In this document: piece by piece, positions 19,264-28,530 of the stretch
Layout: each line of letters begins with the position of its first letter
How positions within the stretch are numbered: position 1 is the stretch's first letter
IMG/VR virus record: IMGVR_UViG_3300029875_000005
Span: 11,208 to 75,207 of that record
From: a virus
Length of the DNA: 64,000 bases
Strand: one strand, 5' to 3'
Position numbers and translations under genes: made by a program
The notes under the pieces: model-generated
Databases searched by the model: none
What the model was told of the DNA's origin: nothing
What the model saw: the letters and a program-made list of their open reading frames with translations, nothing else

Positions 19264-21364
19264 ACAGGAAATAGATAATCTCGTAGCGGAAAATCAGGAG
19301 CGATACGATGAGATTTATGGCACCTACGACCCTATGACAGGCGAAGGGTGCTATAACTTTGAGCATCGTGTGAAGATAGAACTATCCGATTTCTTCATTC
19401 CTAAGATGTGGGTTCCGAAGAAGACCGCCAAATCTGTTCTGTTTAGAGGTCTGAGAAAGATGGGCAGCCTGAAAGACTACATCAACTACGTGCTGCACCA
19501 GAAGGATGATGCCCAGCATTTCCAAATGCTTACCTTTGCCATCTGTAGAGTGAGGTTCATGGAAGACCCCGAGTTTGCCCTATACGTGACCGATAAAATT
19601 GAGGATAAGAAGACCGGTAAGATGATTCCTTTCAAGCTGAATTATCCTCAAAGAAAACTACTGAAGATTATGGAGGACCTGCGGAATGCCCACAAACCAG
19701 TGTTCGTGGTTATTCTGAAGGCACGTCAGTGGGGCGGCTCTACCCTATCACAGCTTTACATCAAATGGATTCAAGACTACAGGCGCGATGGTTGGAATGC
19801 TATTGTGCTTGCCCAGCAGAAGAATACCGCCAAGAAGATTAAGGCGATGTACCGAAAAGCTTTGGAGCGGCAGCCGGGGTGGACCGTGGGGCATCCGGGC
19901 GCAAAACTCCAGTTCTCTCCATACGAAAATTCTCCCGACGATTTTCAGGTAACGGATGGTGTGAAGGCTATCAGACGAAGTACGCTGACGGTAGCATCCT
20001 TCGAGAACTTCGATTCGGTGCGTGGTAGCAACTTCCACTGTGCTCACTATTCGGAGGTGGCCTATTGGAAGAAGACGCCAGAGCATGATCCTGAGGGTGT
20101 GATTTCTTCTATATCCGGTGGTATTGACCCATTGGAAGACAACGTGGAGATATTCGAGAGTACCGGTAGAGGTAATTCCGGTTTCTTCTATGACAAGTGC
20201 CAGTTGGCAATGGACCCAAAGAATAATGATGCTTATTCGTTCCTCTTTATTCCTTGTTTCTTCATCGAAAAGGATATGACTCCTGTAGAGAACAGAAGAG
20301 CATTTGCCAAGTGGCTTTTGCAGAACAGAGACCGAAGTACCTGTCCGAAGGGCTATCGTGAGACTGGCAAGTTCTTCTGGCGAATGTGGCAGAAGGGTGC
20401 TTGCTTTGAGGCAATAGAATGGTACAGAAACTACAGAAACAAGTTTACCACCCATGCGGCATGTGCTACCGAGGCTCCTATTGATGAGGAAGATGCGTTC
20501 AGAAACTCTGGTAGACTGGTATTCAATCCTTATTCTATAGACGACATGCAGGCTTTGTATAAGCAAGATCCTAAGTTTACTGCCGACATCGTGGTGAACA
20601 TCAGCGTGAAGGATGATAACACCATTCCGAACTCGAAGGTGAAGCTGAGAGACGATGGCGAGGGAGACTTGAAGATTTGGGCTGTGCCAAACTGTCTGCA
20701 AGTGGAGAACAGATATTTGGTGAGCGTGGATATTGGCGGTAAGAGTACGACATCGGACTATACCGTTATGACCGTGATAGACCGATTCGGTATGATTCCT
20801 ACGGTGAAGGGCAAGCCAAAGGTGGTAGCGAGATACAGAGGACATGTTAGACATGATAAGCTGGCATGGATGGCTGCTGCCCTAGCTCATTATTATGATG
20901 ATGCGCTTCTGGTGATAGAGAGTAATACTGCCGACCGAGAGAAGAACAACAACACGGAGGGTGATCACTTCCTGACTATTCTGCAGGAGATTGCCGACTA
21001 CTACGATAATCTGTATCAGAGAACGAGCAGTTCGGAGAATGTGGAAGACAATGTACTGGCGAAATATGGTTTCCAAACCAACAAGCTGACGAAGCAGCAG
21101 GTGATTGATAACTTGGAAGAGTTTATTGATGATAATCTGTATGAGGAGCCAGACAAGGAAATGTATCATGAGTTGCGCATCTATGAGCGACATGATGATG
21201 GCAGCTTGGGTAACATCGTGGGTAACGGAAACCATGATGATGTGGTAATGAGTACCGGCATCGGTCTCTTTGTGAGTCTTACGGACATGGAGAAGCCTAG
21301 CTGGAAGAAAGCGGAAAGAAGAAGCCGCGGTGGCGATGGTGTTCATACGGCGGCGAAAATTTAA
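19247..21364 (+). CDS. terL: Terminase large subunit
   Basis: Walker-A-like VILKARQWGGSTLSQ. The C-terminal RNase-H-like nuclease pattern includes VSVDIGGKSTTSDYTVMTVIDR and LLVIESNTADRE. Confidence 0.85.
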   Translation: MALVTEQEIDNLVAENQERYDEIYGTYDPMTGEGCYNFEHRVKIELSDFFIPKMWVPKKTAKSVLFRGLRKMGSLKDYINYVLHQKDDAQHFQMLTFAICRVRFMEDPEFALYVTDKIEDKKTGKMIPFKLNYPQRKLLKIMEDLRNAHKPVFVVILKARQWGGSTLSQLYIKWIQDYRRDGWNAIVLAQQKNTAKKIKAMYRKALERQPGWTVGHPGAKLQFSPYENSPDDFQVTDGVKAIRRSTLTVASFENFDSVRGSNFHCAHYSEVAYWKKTPEHDPEGVISSISGGIDPLEDNVEIFESTGRGNSGFFYDKCQLAMDPKNNDAYSFLFIPCFFIEKDMTPVENRRAFAKWLLQNRDRSTCPKGYRETGKFFWRMWQKGACFEAIEWYRNYRNKFTTHAACATEAPIDEEDAFRNSGRLVFNPYSIDDMQALYKQDPKFTADIVVNISVKDDNTIPNSKVKLRDDGEGDLKIWAVPNCLQVENRYLVSVDIGGKSTTSDYTVMTVIDRFGMIPTVKGKPKVVARYRGHVRHDKLAWMAAALAHYYDDALLVIESNTADREKNNNTEGDHFLTILQEIADYYDNLYQRTSSSENVEDNVLAKYGFQTNKLTKQQVIDNLEEFIDDNLYEEPDKEMYHELRIYERHDDGSLGNIVGNGNHDDVVMSTGIGLFVSLTDMEKPSWKKAERRSRGGDGVHTAAKI

Positions 21365-21388
21365 GTCAATGTTAAATGTTGAATTATT

Positions 21389-24154
21389 ATGGAAAGAAAC
21401 TTAGAAAGACAAACTTTGAGCTTTAGCAAGGGCATGACGAATGTGCCTAGCGACTTGCTTTCAGATGATTCTGAACTGCTGGAGAGTGACGGATTTATCT
21501 TTAAGGATGGAGAAATGAAGGCGGTACAGAAGGGGGTGGAAATTACAGGTGGCGTTCCTCTTGAAGGAAAGCTGGTTTATGTTCACAAACTGGCTGACTA
21601 CAGGAACCTTATAACATATATCGAAAATGGAACAAAGCTAAAATGCTATATTAACTTCAAAGATAATCAAAGCACGGATAGGAAGACGCAAACGATAGGA
21701 CTAGGTTCAAAGCTGCTCGATATTAAGCACGTAGGAAATACTTTAGTCTGTGCTACAGAAGAAGGTATGCATTATATTCTGTATAAAGGAAATGTATATA
21801 AGGACTTAGGTAAGGAACTACCCATACCAGATATTAGTTTTACCTTTACAAACGAAGAAGAAAAAACAGAACTGGAGAAGGACAGAACAGTATGCAGAAT
21901 GCGAACATTTGTAAGCGAAGTGAAAACAGAGGGTTATGGATATTTGTGTTATGACGAAAGCGGAAATTTCACAGGTGTAAAGGATTCGCATGACGGAGCA
22001 GCAAAATACACTCTTGATTATCATCATATTATGAATGAGTCTGACACCGAGAAATATACTAATTTTCAAAATGCAGTTAAAGGGCACGCTGCAGAAGCCA
22101 TCGAATATACAAAGAATAAAAATCTCTTTGCATTTCCCTTCTTTATTCGTACTGCATTGAGAATGTTTGACGGAACAACGTTTGCCAGAATTTCGAACCC
22201 AATCGTATGCTATCCTTCAACACATAAGAACTGCAAGTTTGGACCCTGTATTTATGATTCTGACAAAAAGACCTGGGTAGTGACAGCGAACAAAATTGCC
22301 ACGGGTAGTGATACTTCCTGGCAATATATGCTCATATTGAATTATTCTCACCTCAATTTTAAGATAGACTTTCCCAATAAAGATGATTGGAAGGATATAA
22401 TCAAAGAGGTCGTGGTGTTTGCATCTGACGATGTTATTCCATTTGAGATAGATTCTGACTGGTCTTTCAAAACCGTAAGTGAACTAAACGGAAAGACTTA
22501 TTATGATTACGTAACAGCAGATCATTATTCTGCGAAAAAAATAACATTCAATTGGCATACCTACCAAGCAAGAGAGCTGATAGAACCTGTTTATAAGACA
22601 GAGCGCAAGATAATAGACGAACTCCTAGGAAAGACACAGTTTTTCAAGTTGTTCTCGTTAGAACTTAATTCGGAATATCTTGATAACATCTGGCATGACG
22701 CTTCTGCTTATGACGAAACGGTTTCTGATGTAAGAATCATGCCGGAAGGAAGACTATCAAACTTGAAAGAACAGGAGCAGTTAAAGGTGGACGATTATTA
22801 CGGATGGACCAATCTGACATCTTCAAAACTGTTCAGTTATAACAACAGAATAAATCTGATAGGAGTAAAAAGATACCCATTTAAAGGCTTCACCATATTC
22901 AGAGCTGGTTACACAAGCCCAACAAATGCTTATGGGTTTGTGAAATACTATGTGCATATAGTTTCACAAACTATGGACACTTGGGTATTGTCTAACGCTC
23001 TGCTGATAGATAAGGACTACCAGCCTTATAACGACTGGTACTTTTATCCTGATCCAAATGCAAAGGAGATGCTTATCATGGTAAATAAGTACCAAGAGGG
23101 TAAAACATACTACTACAACATCAATCTGCAAATGCATCCTATGTTAAACGGAAGTTATAGTTTTGCCGCTTTGCCTCCAACTTTACTGGCTACAGGTAAG
23201 GACGTAGCAAACAAACAGATAGGAGGATTTGAAGATTTGAACTCTAACATATATACCTCAGTAGTCAATAACCCATTTGTATTTGAGGCATCGGGAGATA
23301 ATACGGTTGGAACCGGAAAGATACTCGGAATTATTGCCAACACAGAGGCTGTAAGCCAAGGTCAGTTTGGTCAATATCCATTGATGGTATTTACGGACGA
23401 AGGTATCTACGGCTTGTCGGTTAACTCAGAAGGACTCTATAGTAGAGCCTATCCAATATCAAGAGAGGTATGTAATGAGGATTCGCCACTGGTGCCGACG
23501 GACAGGCTTGTGTTCTTTGCTTCAAAGAAAGGACTGATGGCGGCAAGCGGTGGAAGCGTAGCCTGTATGAGCGAGCAGATGAGGGGAAGAGTACCAAGGA
23601 ACTTTGCAACCTTCGGTGAAGGCAAGTTCCTGGATTTTCTGAAAGGATGCCTTATCGCCTACGATTACAGAGACTCCATATTGAGAATATTCAGCAAGGG
23701 AAAATCATACCAATACATATATAATATGGTGGATAAGACCTTCTCAATGGTGAATAGCGGAATAGAGGCACAGGCGGTAGTGAATGATTATCCGGATAAT
23801 CTGATACAGGATACTAACGGAAACGTTTATTCGCTTACAGGAAAACCAGACATTAACAAAGATACGGAAAGCTATAGCGGATCATTTACGACCAGACCTT
23901 TGAAGCTGGGCGGCAGCATGACGTTAAAATCGCTGAGAGCGGTGAAGCATCTGTTTGATTCGGACGAAGGTACGATTGGGCTGGAGATATACGGAAGCAA
24001 CGACTGCAAGCACTGGTGCAAGCTGCCAAGCTTGGCAGGTAAGCCTTGGAAGTACTTTACTTTTAAATATACGCTGCAGAACTTTAAGGCTGCTGATTCC
24101 TTTGCTGGAAGTATAGTAGAGGTACAAAGCAGACGAGAAGACAAAATGAGATAA
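21389..24154 (+). CDS. Large virion structural protein (tail hub/nozzle-type candidate)
   Basis: 921 aa, last gene of the late plus-strand operon, with no recognisable motif. Confidence 0.5.
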   Translation: MERNLERQTLSFSKGMTNVPSDLLSDDSELLESDGFIFKDGEMKAVQKGVEITGGVPLEGKLVYVHKLADYRNLITYIENGTKLKCYINFKDNQSTDRKTQTIGLGSKLLDIKHVGNTLVCATEEGMHYILYKGNVYKDLGKELPIPDISFTFTNEEEKTELEKDRTVCRMRTFVSEVKTEGYGYLCYDESGNFTGVKDSHDGAAKYTLDYHHIMNESDTEKYTNFQNAVKGHAAEAIEYTKNKNLFAFPFFIRTALRMFDGTTFARISNPIVCYPSTHKNCKFGPCIYDSDKKTWVVTANKIATGSDTSWQYMLILNYSHLNFKIDFPNKDDWKDIIKEVVVFASDDVIPFEIDSDWSFKTVSELNGKTYYDYVTADHYSAKKITFNWHTYQARELIEPVYKTERKIIDELLGKTQFFKLFSLELNSEYLDNIWHDASAYDETVSDVRIMPEGRLSNLKEQEQLKVDDYYGWTNLTSSKLFSYNNRINLIGVKRYPFKGFTIFRAGYTSPTNAYGFVKYYVHIVSQTMDTWVLSNALLIDKDYQPYNDWYFYPDPNAKEMLIMVNKYQEGKTYYYNINLQMHPMLNGSYSFAALPPTLLATGKDVANKQIGGFEDLNSNIYTSVVNNPFVFEASGDNTVGTGKILGIIANTEAVSQGQFGQYPLMVFTDEGIYGLSVNSEGLYSRAYPISREVCNEDSPLVPTDRLVFFASKKGLMAASGGSVACMSEQMRGRVPRNFATFGEGKFLDFLKGCLIAYDYRDSILRIFSKGKSYQYIYNMVDKTFSMVNSGIEAQAVVNDYPDNLIQDTNGNVYSLTGKPDINKDTESYSGSFTTRPLKLGGSMTLKSLRAVKHLFDSDEGTIGLEIYGSNDCKHWCKLPSLAGKPWKYFTFKYTLQNFKAADSFAGSIVEVQSRREDKMR

Positions 24155-24186
24155 TTCTTTCATACGCGCTAATTTATGATCACATG

Positions 24187-24224
24187 AAAAAGGCGGCTGC
24201 TCATCACGAGTGGTCGCCTTTAAA
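24187..24224. terminator. Bidirectional terminator hairpin
   Basis: AAAGGCGGC...GTCGCCTTT forms a 9-bp stem with an A-run upstream and a T-run downstream. It lies between convergent genes. Confidence 0.6.
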
Positions 24225-24272
24225 ATGAGTTATGAAAAACATTTCGAAAAAATGATTCTCTTTATATGTGTG

Positions 24273-24755
24273 TTATCTGTTTTTGATATTATTTATGCAA
24301 TATGCTACGATGTAGCCTAATACGAAGCAGTAAAGATGGAGAAGTCCGTTGACATTCGGCACGGCCATGGTGCAAATAATGAACGGCATCGCTTTCTTTA
24401 ATGCCTCTTTCCATCGTCCTGTCCTACCCCACATCAAACCGAATGAAGCAAATAGGAAACCGGAAAGCCCCATTGTAGGCTGACTAACATACATGGGCAG
24501 CAGACTAGCGACAGAGGCAACAGCCAGAGAAGTGACTGGTTTCATATCGTTCTTTATCTGCCAAAGCACCAGAAGGTTTACGGCAAGATGAAAGCCGTTG
24601 ACATGGAAGAAGCTATACAGGATATGATTCTGCCAAGGGCAACCGGGATAGAAACCTATGTGCCAAGTACACAGAACGAGGCAGATGATGCTAAGCACCA
24701 GCTTTGTTCGAAAGTTTCTTCTTACGAAGGTCCATTTCTCTGTAATTTTTTCCAT
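24273..24755 (-). CDS. Rhomboid-family intramembrane serine protease (minimal 6-TM form)
   Basis: Start taken at MEKITEKW. The protein carries HVNGFHLAVN (HxxxxHxxxN as in GlpG TM2), MGLSGFLFASFG (GxSG catalytic Ser) and LLHLYCFVLGY (TM6 His). Six hydrophobic segments fit in 160 aa. Confidence 0.7.
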   Translation of the reverse strand: MEKITEKWTFVRRNFRTKLVLSIICLVLCTWHIGFYPGCPWQNHILYSFFHVNGFHLAVNLLVLWQIKNDMKPVTSLAVASVASLLPMYVSQPTMGLSGFLFASFGLMWGRTGRWKEALKKAMPFIICTMAVPNVNGLLHLYCFVLGYIVAYCINNIKNR

Positions 24756-25146
24756 ACTTCTTATAGTAAGCGAAAATAAACTTGAGATTACTTGGCTGGA
24801 TAAAGAACTCTGGTGCAGGCTCAGAAACAAGGAACTGGCAGATAAACCATAAAGATTTGCCCACGAACTCCTTTCGCTGCGTCATTTCGTTCATCCTATT
24901 GAACAGCGTATAGTACAACTTCTGCCGAATCGGCTTCATGCTATCCACCTTTGAGAAATCGCCGACTGCCATTCTGCGGAGTATATCCCAAGCTCTTTTG
25001 GGAGAAACATAGTATCTCGGAGCAGGAGAATGAACCACCTTTTCCCAAGCCTCCTGTTGGGAATGGCAATTAGGAGCTATCTCCCGATACGCCTTCATCA
25101 GATCATCCCTCTGTCTGTCAATCAATTCGTAATTTGCTCTTGCCAT
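24691..25146 (-). CDS. Hypothetical protein (first gene of the rhomboid operon)
   Basis: 151 aa. Its end overlaps the rhomboid start by 65 nt, and a -7 box lies upstream. Confidence 0.6.
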   Translation of the reverse strand: MARANYELIDRQRDDLMKAYREIAPNCHSQQEAWEKVVHSPAPRYYVSPKRAWDILRRMAVGDFSKVDSMKPIRQKLYYTLFNRMNEMTQRKEFVGKSLWFICQFLVSEPAPEFFIQPSNLKFIFAYYKKYGKNYREMDLRKKKLSNKAGA

Positions 25147-25169
25147 ATAAATGCTGCATTAAGATGCTG

Positions 25170-25177
25170 CAAATATA
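25170..25177 (-). promoter_or_regulatory. Host-type -7 box TATATTTG
   Basis: The reverse complement of caaatata lies 24 nt upstream of the ATG at 25146. Confidence 0.5.
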
Positions 25178-25269
25178 CATATTATTTAGAATATGACCAA
25201 ATAAGAGCATAAAGATTTAAATAAGTTTAATATTAGACTGGTTTTCATGGTGTTACGAAAGAAAAAGTT

Positions 25270-25277
25270 TAATTTTG
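25270..25277 (+). promoter_or_regulatory. Host-type -7 box TAATTTTG
   Basis: Matches TAnnTTTG and is divergent from the 25170 box. Confidence 0.45.
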
Positions 25278-25348
25278 CAACGAAATAACATATATATACT
25301 AAGAACTGTTAGTAAAAAGTGAAATTAAACCATAAATTCGTAACAAAA

Positions 25349-25519
25349 ATGAGAACAAAACAGGAATCGCCTCTCTCGGAAGAGGAGGAAGCCTTAGTTA
25401 TGGAAGGCTTATTGAGTAGGAAGATTTGGAGGTTCTATGAACTTCTATCAAAGTGGGCACCCATCCCATTGATGCTAGGTCACTGGTACGCCGTATGGGA
25501 CTATGGACATTATCCCTAG
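25349..25519 (+). CDS. Hypothetical small protein
   Basis: ATG start MRTKQESPL (the listed start at 25319 is GTG). Confidence 0.4.
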   Translation: MRTKQESPLSEEEEALVMEGLLSRKIWRFYELLSKWAPIPLMLGHWYAVWDYGHYP

Positions 25520-25835
25520 ACCAACAATATTAGATACCGATTTCAACGGGAACTGCATCATCTGGATTTATGTACTGGCATACATTTATATGCCACTGAC
25601 CATGATACCGGTAAGTTTCTTCTTCAGATACTGCTGGATTTTCCGTATTCCGTTCTTCTATTTTTTCGGTATCAACGCAATCAGATTGTATCATCAGCAC
25701 TGGCTCATCACTCCCGAGCAGTTGGAGATGCACCATGTGTTTATCATATTCACTTTAATGCTTTACGCTTATGGATTTATCAAAATCGCTCTATCGAATA
25801 GCAGAATCTGCCTTCGGGATGCTAAGAAACGATGA
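25503..25835 (+). CDS. Multi-pass membrane protein
   Basis: 110 aa with 3 strongly hydrophobic aromatic-rich segments. Confidence 0.5.
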   Translation: MDIIPRPTILDTDFNGNCIIWIYVLAYIYMPLTMIPVSFFFRYCWIFRIPFFYFFGINAIRLYHQHWLITPEQLEMHHVFIIFTLMLYAYGFIKIALSNSRICLRDAKKR

Positions 25836-26232
25836 GTGCGGGTTTACAGAGGAAGAAGAGAGGATTGTGCAGAGGAATCTGCTGTACTGGATGGAAAGGA
25901 AGCATCACTTTGACGAACAACTGGGCAGAGCCTGTATCGCCAACATCTATTATTTTGATGATGATGTTCACAAAAAGTATGCGCCTTACTTCGGGTTTGA
26001 TGAGTTGAAGGATGATTATGACCGGCTATCTTGGAACATACCGGACTACAACTTCTGGGATTTTGCGGTAACGATGAATAAGATGTATGCTGACCATATA
26101 GACGTGGTGGGCAAATGGTCGAAGAACAAAGACACCACAAGAAAAAGGATCTCGGAACTGGCTATCAGTTTCCTCTGTGACGAATCGACAAACCACCCGA
26201 CGGATAAAATCTGGTGGTATATGAATAGCTAA
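25771..26232 (+). CDS. Hypothetical protein
   Basis: 153 aa. An alternative start at 25819 (MLRNDE) is possible. Confidence 0.55.
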   Translation: MDLSKSLYRIAESAFGMLRNDECGFTEEEERIVQRNLLYWMERKHHFDEQLGRACIANIYYFDDDVHKKYAPYFGFDELKDDYDRLSWNIPDYNFWDFAVTMNKMYADHIDVVGKWSKNKDTTRKRISELAISFLCDESTNHPTDKIWWYMNS

Positions 26233-26274
26233 GTTGGAACACGGCAAAAGCTATTGAAAAGCCTTTTATCTTTG
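26233..26274 (+). promoter_or_regulatory. Late-type promoter: GTTGGAACACGGCAAA-N18-TATCTTTG
   Basis: Identical 16-mer and identical spacing to 14797 and 56218. The holin ATG is 27 nt downstream. Confidence 0.65.
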
Positions 26275-26300
26275 TAGCCATTAATCATAAATAATGATAT

Positions 26301-26744
26301 ATGGCAGAGATAGTACATACATTTTTACAAGAGCACCTGTACAGATCGGCATTGGTTATTGTCATCTGCATGGGTGCTCTTATCATTTCTATGGGCGTGG
26401 ACCTGTTCTTCGGCATCAATAAAGCGAAAGAGAACGGACTGGCTACGACAAGTACAGGATTCAAGAAGACTTGCGACAAGGCGAGGAAATACTTCTCTCC
26501 CTTCATGGTGACGGTCTGTATAGACCTGATAGCATGCACGGTTCTCCCCTTCCCTGTCTTCTCTATGATTTGGGCAGGATATTGCGTGTTCTGTGAATTT
26601 GTAAGCGTAAGAGAGAAGAGCTGGCAGAAGGCTGAGATACGGAAGCAGGAGAAGACAGTAAGCATTCTTCTGGAGAACAAAGAAGACTTGGCTAGGGCTT
26701 TTGCTGAGATTATGAAGGAGCAGGGAAAGGAGGAGAAGAAATGA
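26301..26744 (+). CDS. Holin (Phage_holin_4_1-like)
   Basis: TM segments plus the pattern VDLFFGINKAKENG..TSTGFKKT and EFVSVREK, with a charged C-terminal tail. It is directly upstream of the amidase with an ATGA overlap. Confidence 0.75.
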   Translation: MAEIVHTFLQEHLYRSALVIVICMGALIISMGVDLFFGINKAKENGLATTSTGFKKTCDKARKYFSPFMVTVCIDLIACTVLPFPVFSMIWAGYCVFCEFVSVREKSWQKAEIRKQEKTVSILLENKEDLARAFAEIMKEQGKEEKK

Positions 26745-27184
26745 GACTGATCAAGAGAATTTTTGTTCATTGTACTGCCTCTTCTCAGAAATGGGGCGTA
26801 AAGGAACTTTGGGACGAGTTTAAGCGCAAAGGTTGGAATAACCCAGGGTATCATTACGTGATTACTGCTGATGGTGGGATTCACCAGATGCTGCCGGTAG
26901 AAATGGTTAGCAACGGTGTGAAGGGATATAATGCTACGGCTATCAATGTGGCTTACGTTGGCGGCATCAACAAGAAGGGAAAGGCGGTAGACAACAGAAC
27001 TGAGGAGCAGAAGAAATCGCTTATCACTCTGCTCACTCAGCTGAAGAAGAAATATCCGTATGCTGAAATCTTAGGGCACAGGGATATTTCGCCCGACAAG
27101 AACCATAATGGCGTAGTGGATCCTTGGGAGAGAATCAAGGAGTGCCCTTGCTTTGAAGCTAAAGTTGAATACAAAGAGATATAG
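26741..27184 (+). CDS. N-acetylmuramoyl-L-alanine amidase (Amidase_2 / T7-lysozyme-like endolysin)
   Basis: IFVHCTAS, GYHYVI..DG, YNATAINVAYVGG, ILGHRD and ECPCF are the canonical zinc-amidase pattern. Confidence 0.9.
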   Translation: MRLIKRIFVHCTASSQKWGVKELWDEFKRKGWNNPGYHYVITADGGIHQMLPVEMVSNGVKGYNATAINVAYVGGINKKGKAVDNRTEEQKKSLITLLTQLKKKYPYAEILGHRDISPDKNHNGVVDPWERIKECPCFEAKVEYKEI

Positions 27185-27187
27185 CTT

Positions 27188-27628
27188 ATGAAATGGTATG
27201 ACATAAGGTTTTGGAAATGGGCTTGCATCGGCTTGATGATTGGAATTATCCTATTGTCATTTACAGGATGCAAGACGAAGGAGTATATCAAGGTTCCTTC
27301 TGTTAGAACTGAATACGTATGCAGAACTGATACTTTTGCTAAGTTGGATAGTATCTACATGAAGGATTCGGTATATGTTTTTCAGAAAGGTGATACGGTT
27401 TTCCATAACAAGGTGGTTTATCGGGACCGGTATCATAATATATATAAGGTGAAGACGGACACGATCATCAAGAGGGATTCTGTTGGCGTGCCTTATCCTA
27501 TAGAGCGACAACTGACGAAGAACGAACAAAGGCTGATGTCGCTAGGCAGATGTTATATCGCCTTTCTGTTCATACTGGCGGTTTGCGCGATTGGGTTTAC
27601 TCTCTGGTACAGAAACAAAAAATGCTAG
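27188..27628 (+). CDS. Unimolecular spanin candidate (N-terminal lipoprotein signal plus C-terminal TMD)
   Basis: Lipobox LLSFTGC follows a basic and hydrophobic leader. The C-terminal TM is CYIAFLFILAVCAIGFTLWY-RNKKC. It is the third gene of the lysis cassette. Confidence 0.55.
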   Translation: MKWYDIRFWKWACIGLMIGIILLSFTGCKTKEYIKVPSVRTEYVCRTDTFAKLDSIYMKDSVYVFQKGDTVFHNKVVYRDRYHNIYKVKTDTIIKRDSVGVPYPIERQLTKNEQRLMSLGRCYIAFLFILAVCAIGFTLWYRNKKC

Positions 27629-27631
27629 CTT

Positions 27632-27943
27632 ATGGCTAAGATTAGCGAAGAACTGCAGATGATTGATTCGCTCCTGATGGAATTTCATGAGCGGATTCAG
27701 AGCGGAAGATGTCTGACGAGCAAGCAGCAAAATGCTTTCATGCTTGATTTTCTGCACCGCATTGCCAATAAGGACGAGCCTATCAGCAAGGCAGAGGCAT
27801 GCAGCTATGTTCGTGTTTCCAGGGCTACCTTTGACCGCCTTGTGAAAGAAGGCAGGCTGCCAAAGGGTAAAAAGCGGAAAGGATGGACCGAGCTGGTTTG
27901 GTACGAAAAAGATTTAGATAAATATGTAGATAGATTGGTATAG
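27632..27943 (+). CDS. HTH DNA-binding protein (excisionase/MerR-like HTH_17 type)
   Basis: C-terminal ISKAEACSYVRVSRATFDRLVKEGRLPKG...WYEKDL. Confidence 0.55.
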   Translation: MAKISEELQMIDSLLMEFHERIQSGRCLTSKQQNAFMLDFLHRIANKDEPISKAEACSYVRVSRATFDRLVKEGRLPKGKKRKGWTELVWYEKDLDKYVDRLV

Positions 27944-28003
27944 ATTTTACTTTTTTATTTTTAGTTAGTTGTATTAATTAGGTTTTAAGTAGATTTTTTC
28001 ATT

Positions 28004-28044
28004 GCAAAAAGAAACCCCCACTCGGCTGTGATAGCTGGGTGGGG
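28004..28044 (-). terminator. Intrinsic terminator ending the minus-strand early block
   Basis: 12-bp hairpin at 28016-28044, followed on the minus strand by TTTCTTTTT. Confidence 0.65.
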
Positions 28045-28056
28045 ATTGTGGGTTAT

Positions 28057-28527
28057 TTATTTCATGAATGCCATCCAAATAGTTTGGTTCTTGATGGTGG
28101 TACGATGTCCGAATATAGGTTTGTAATCGGTGATAGCCTTTAGTACATCACTAACCTTTATCTGCTGTTCGTTCCACTTGAAAATGAGCGTTCCGTTTGT
28201 TTTCAGTACCCTCATGCCCTCATGGATAGAATCATTGATGAACGCTTGCCAATTTTCGGGCAGTTTGCCATATTTCTTGCATAACCATGAGTTCTGTCCT
28301 ACCTTTAACAAATGAGGAGGGTCGAATACAACCATATTGAATGTTTCATCTTCGAATGGCAAATTAGTGCAATCGGCTATCATATCGGGTTGTACGTCTA
28401 ATTTGCGTCCATCACATAATGTGTCGTGATATTCTCTTATGTCGGTAAAAAGTACCTGTGGGTCCTGCTTATCGAAATAAAACATACGAGATCCGCAACA
28501 CATATCTAATATTCTTTGTTTCTTCAT
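28057..28527 (-). CDS. SAM-dependent DNA methyltransferase (N6A/N4C type, DPPH motif)
   Basis: ILDMCCGSRMF resembles motif I and VVFDPPHL matches motif IV (D/N-PP-Y/H). 156 aa, with no partner endonuclease adjacent. Confidence 0.55.
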   Translation of the reverse strand: MKKQRILDMCCGSRMFYFDKQDPQVLFTDIREYHDTLCDGRKLDVQPDMIADCTNLPFEDETFNMVVFDPPHLLKVGQNSWLCKKYGKLPENWQAFINDSIHEGMRVLKTNGTLIFKWNEQQIKVSDVLKAITDYKPIFGHRTTIKNQTIWMAFMK

Positions 28528-28530
28528 ACG

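Noticed and set aside
25319-26232. Three successive ORFs each shifted +1 with 17-nt overlaps, considered as a possible frameshifted single gene
   Set aside because: The three products have unrelated character (soluble, multi-TM, soluble) and each has its own ATG. Ordinary overlapping genes are the simpler reading.
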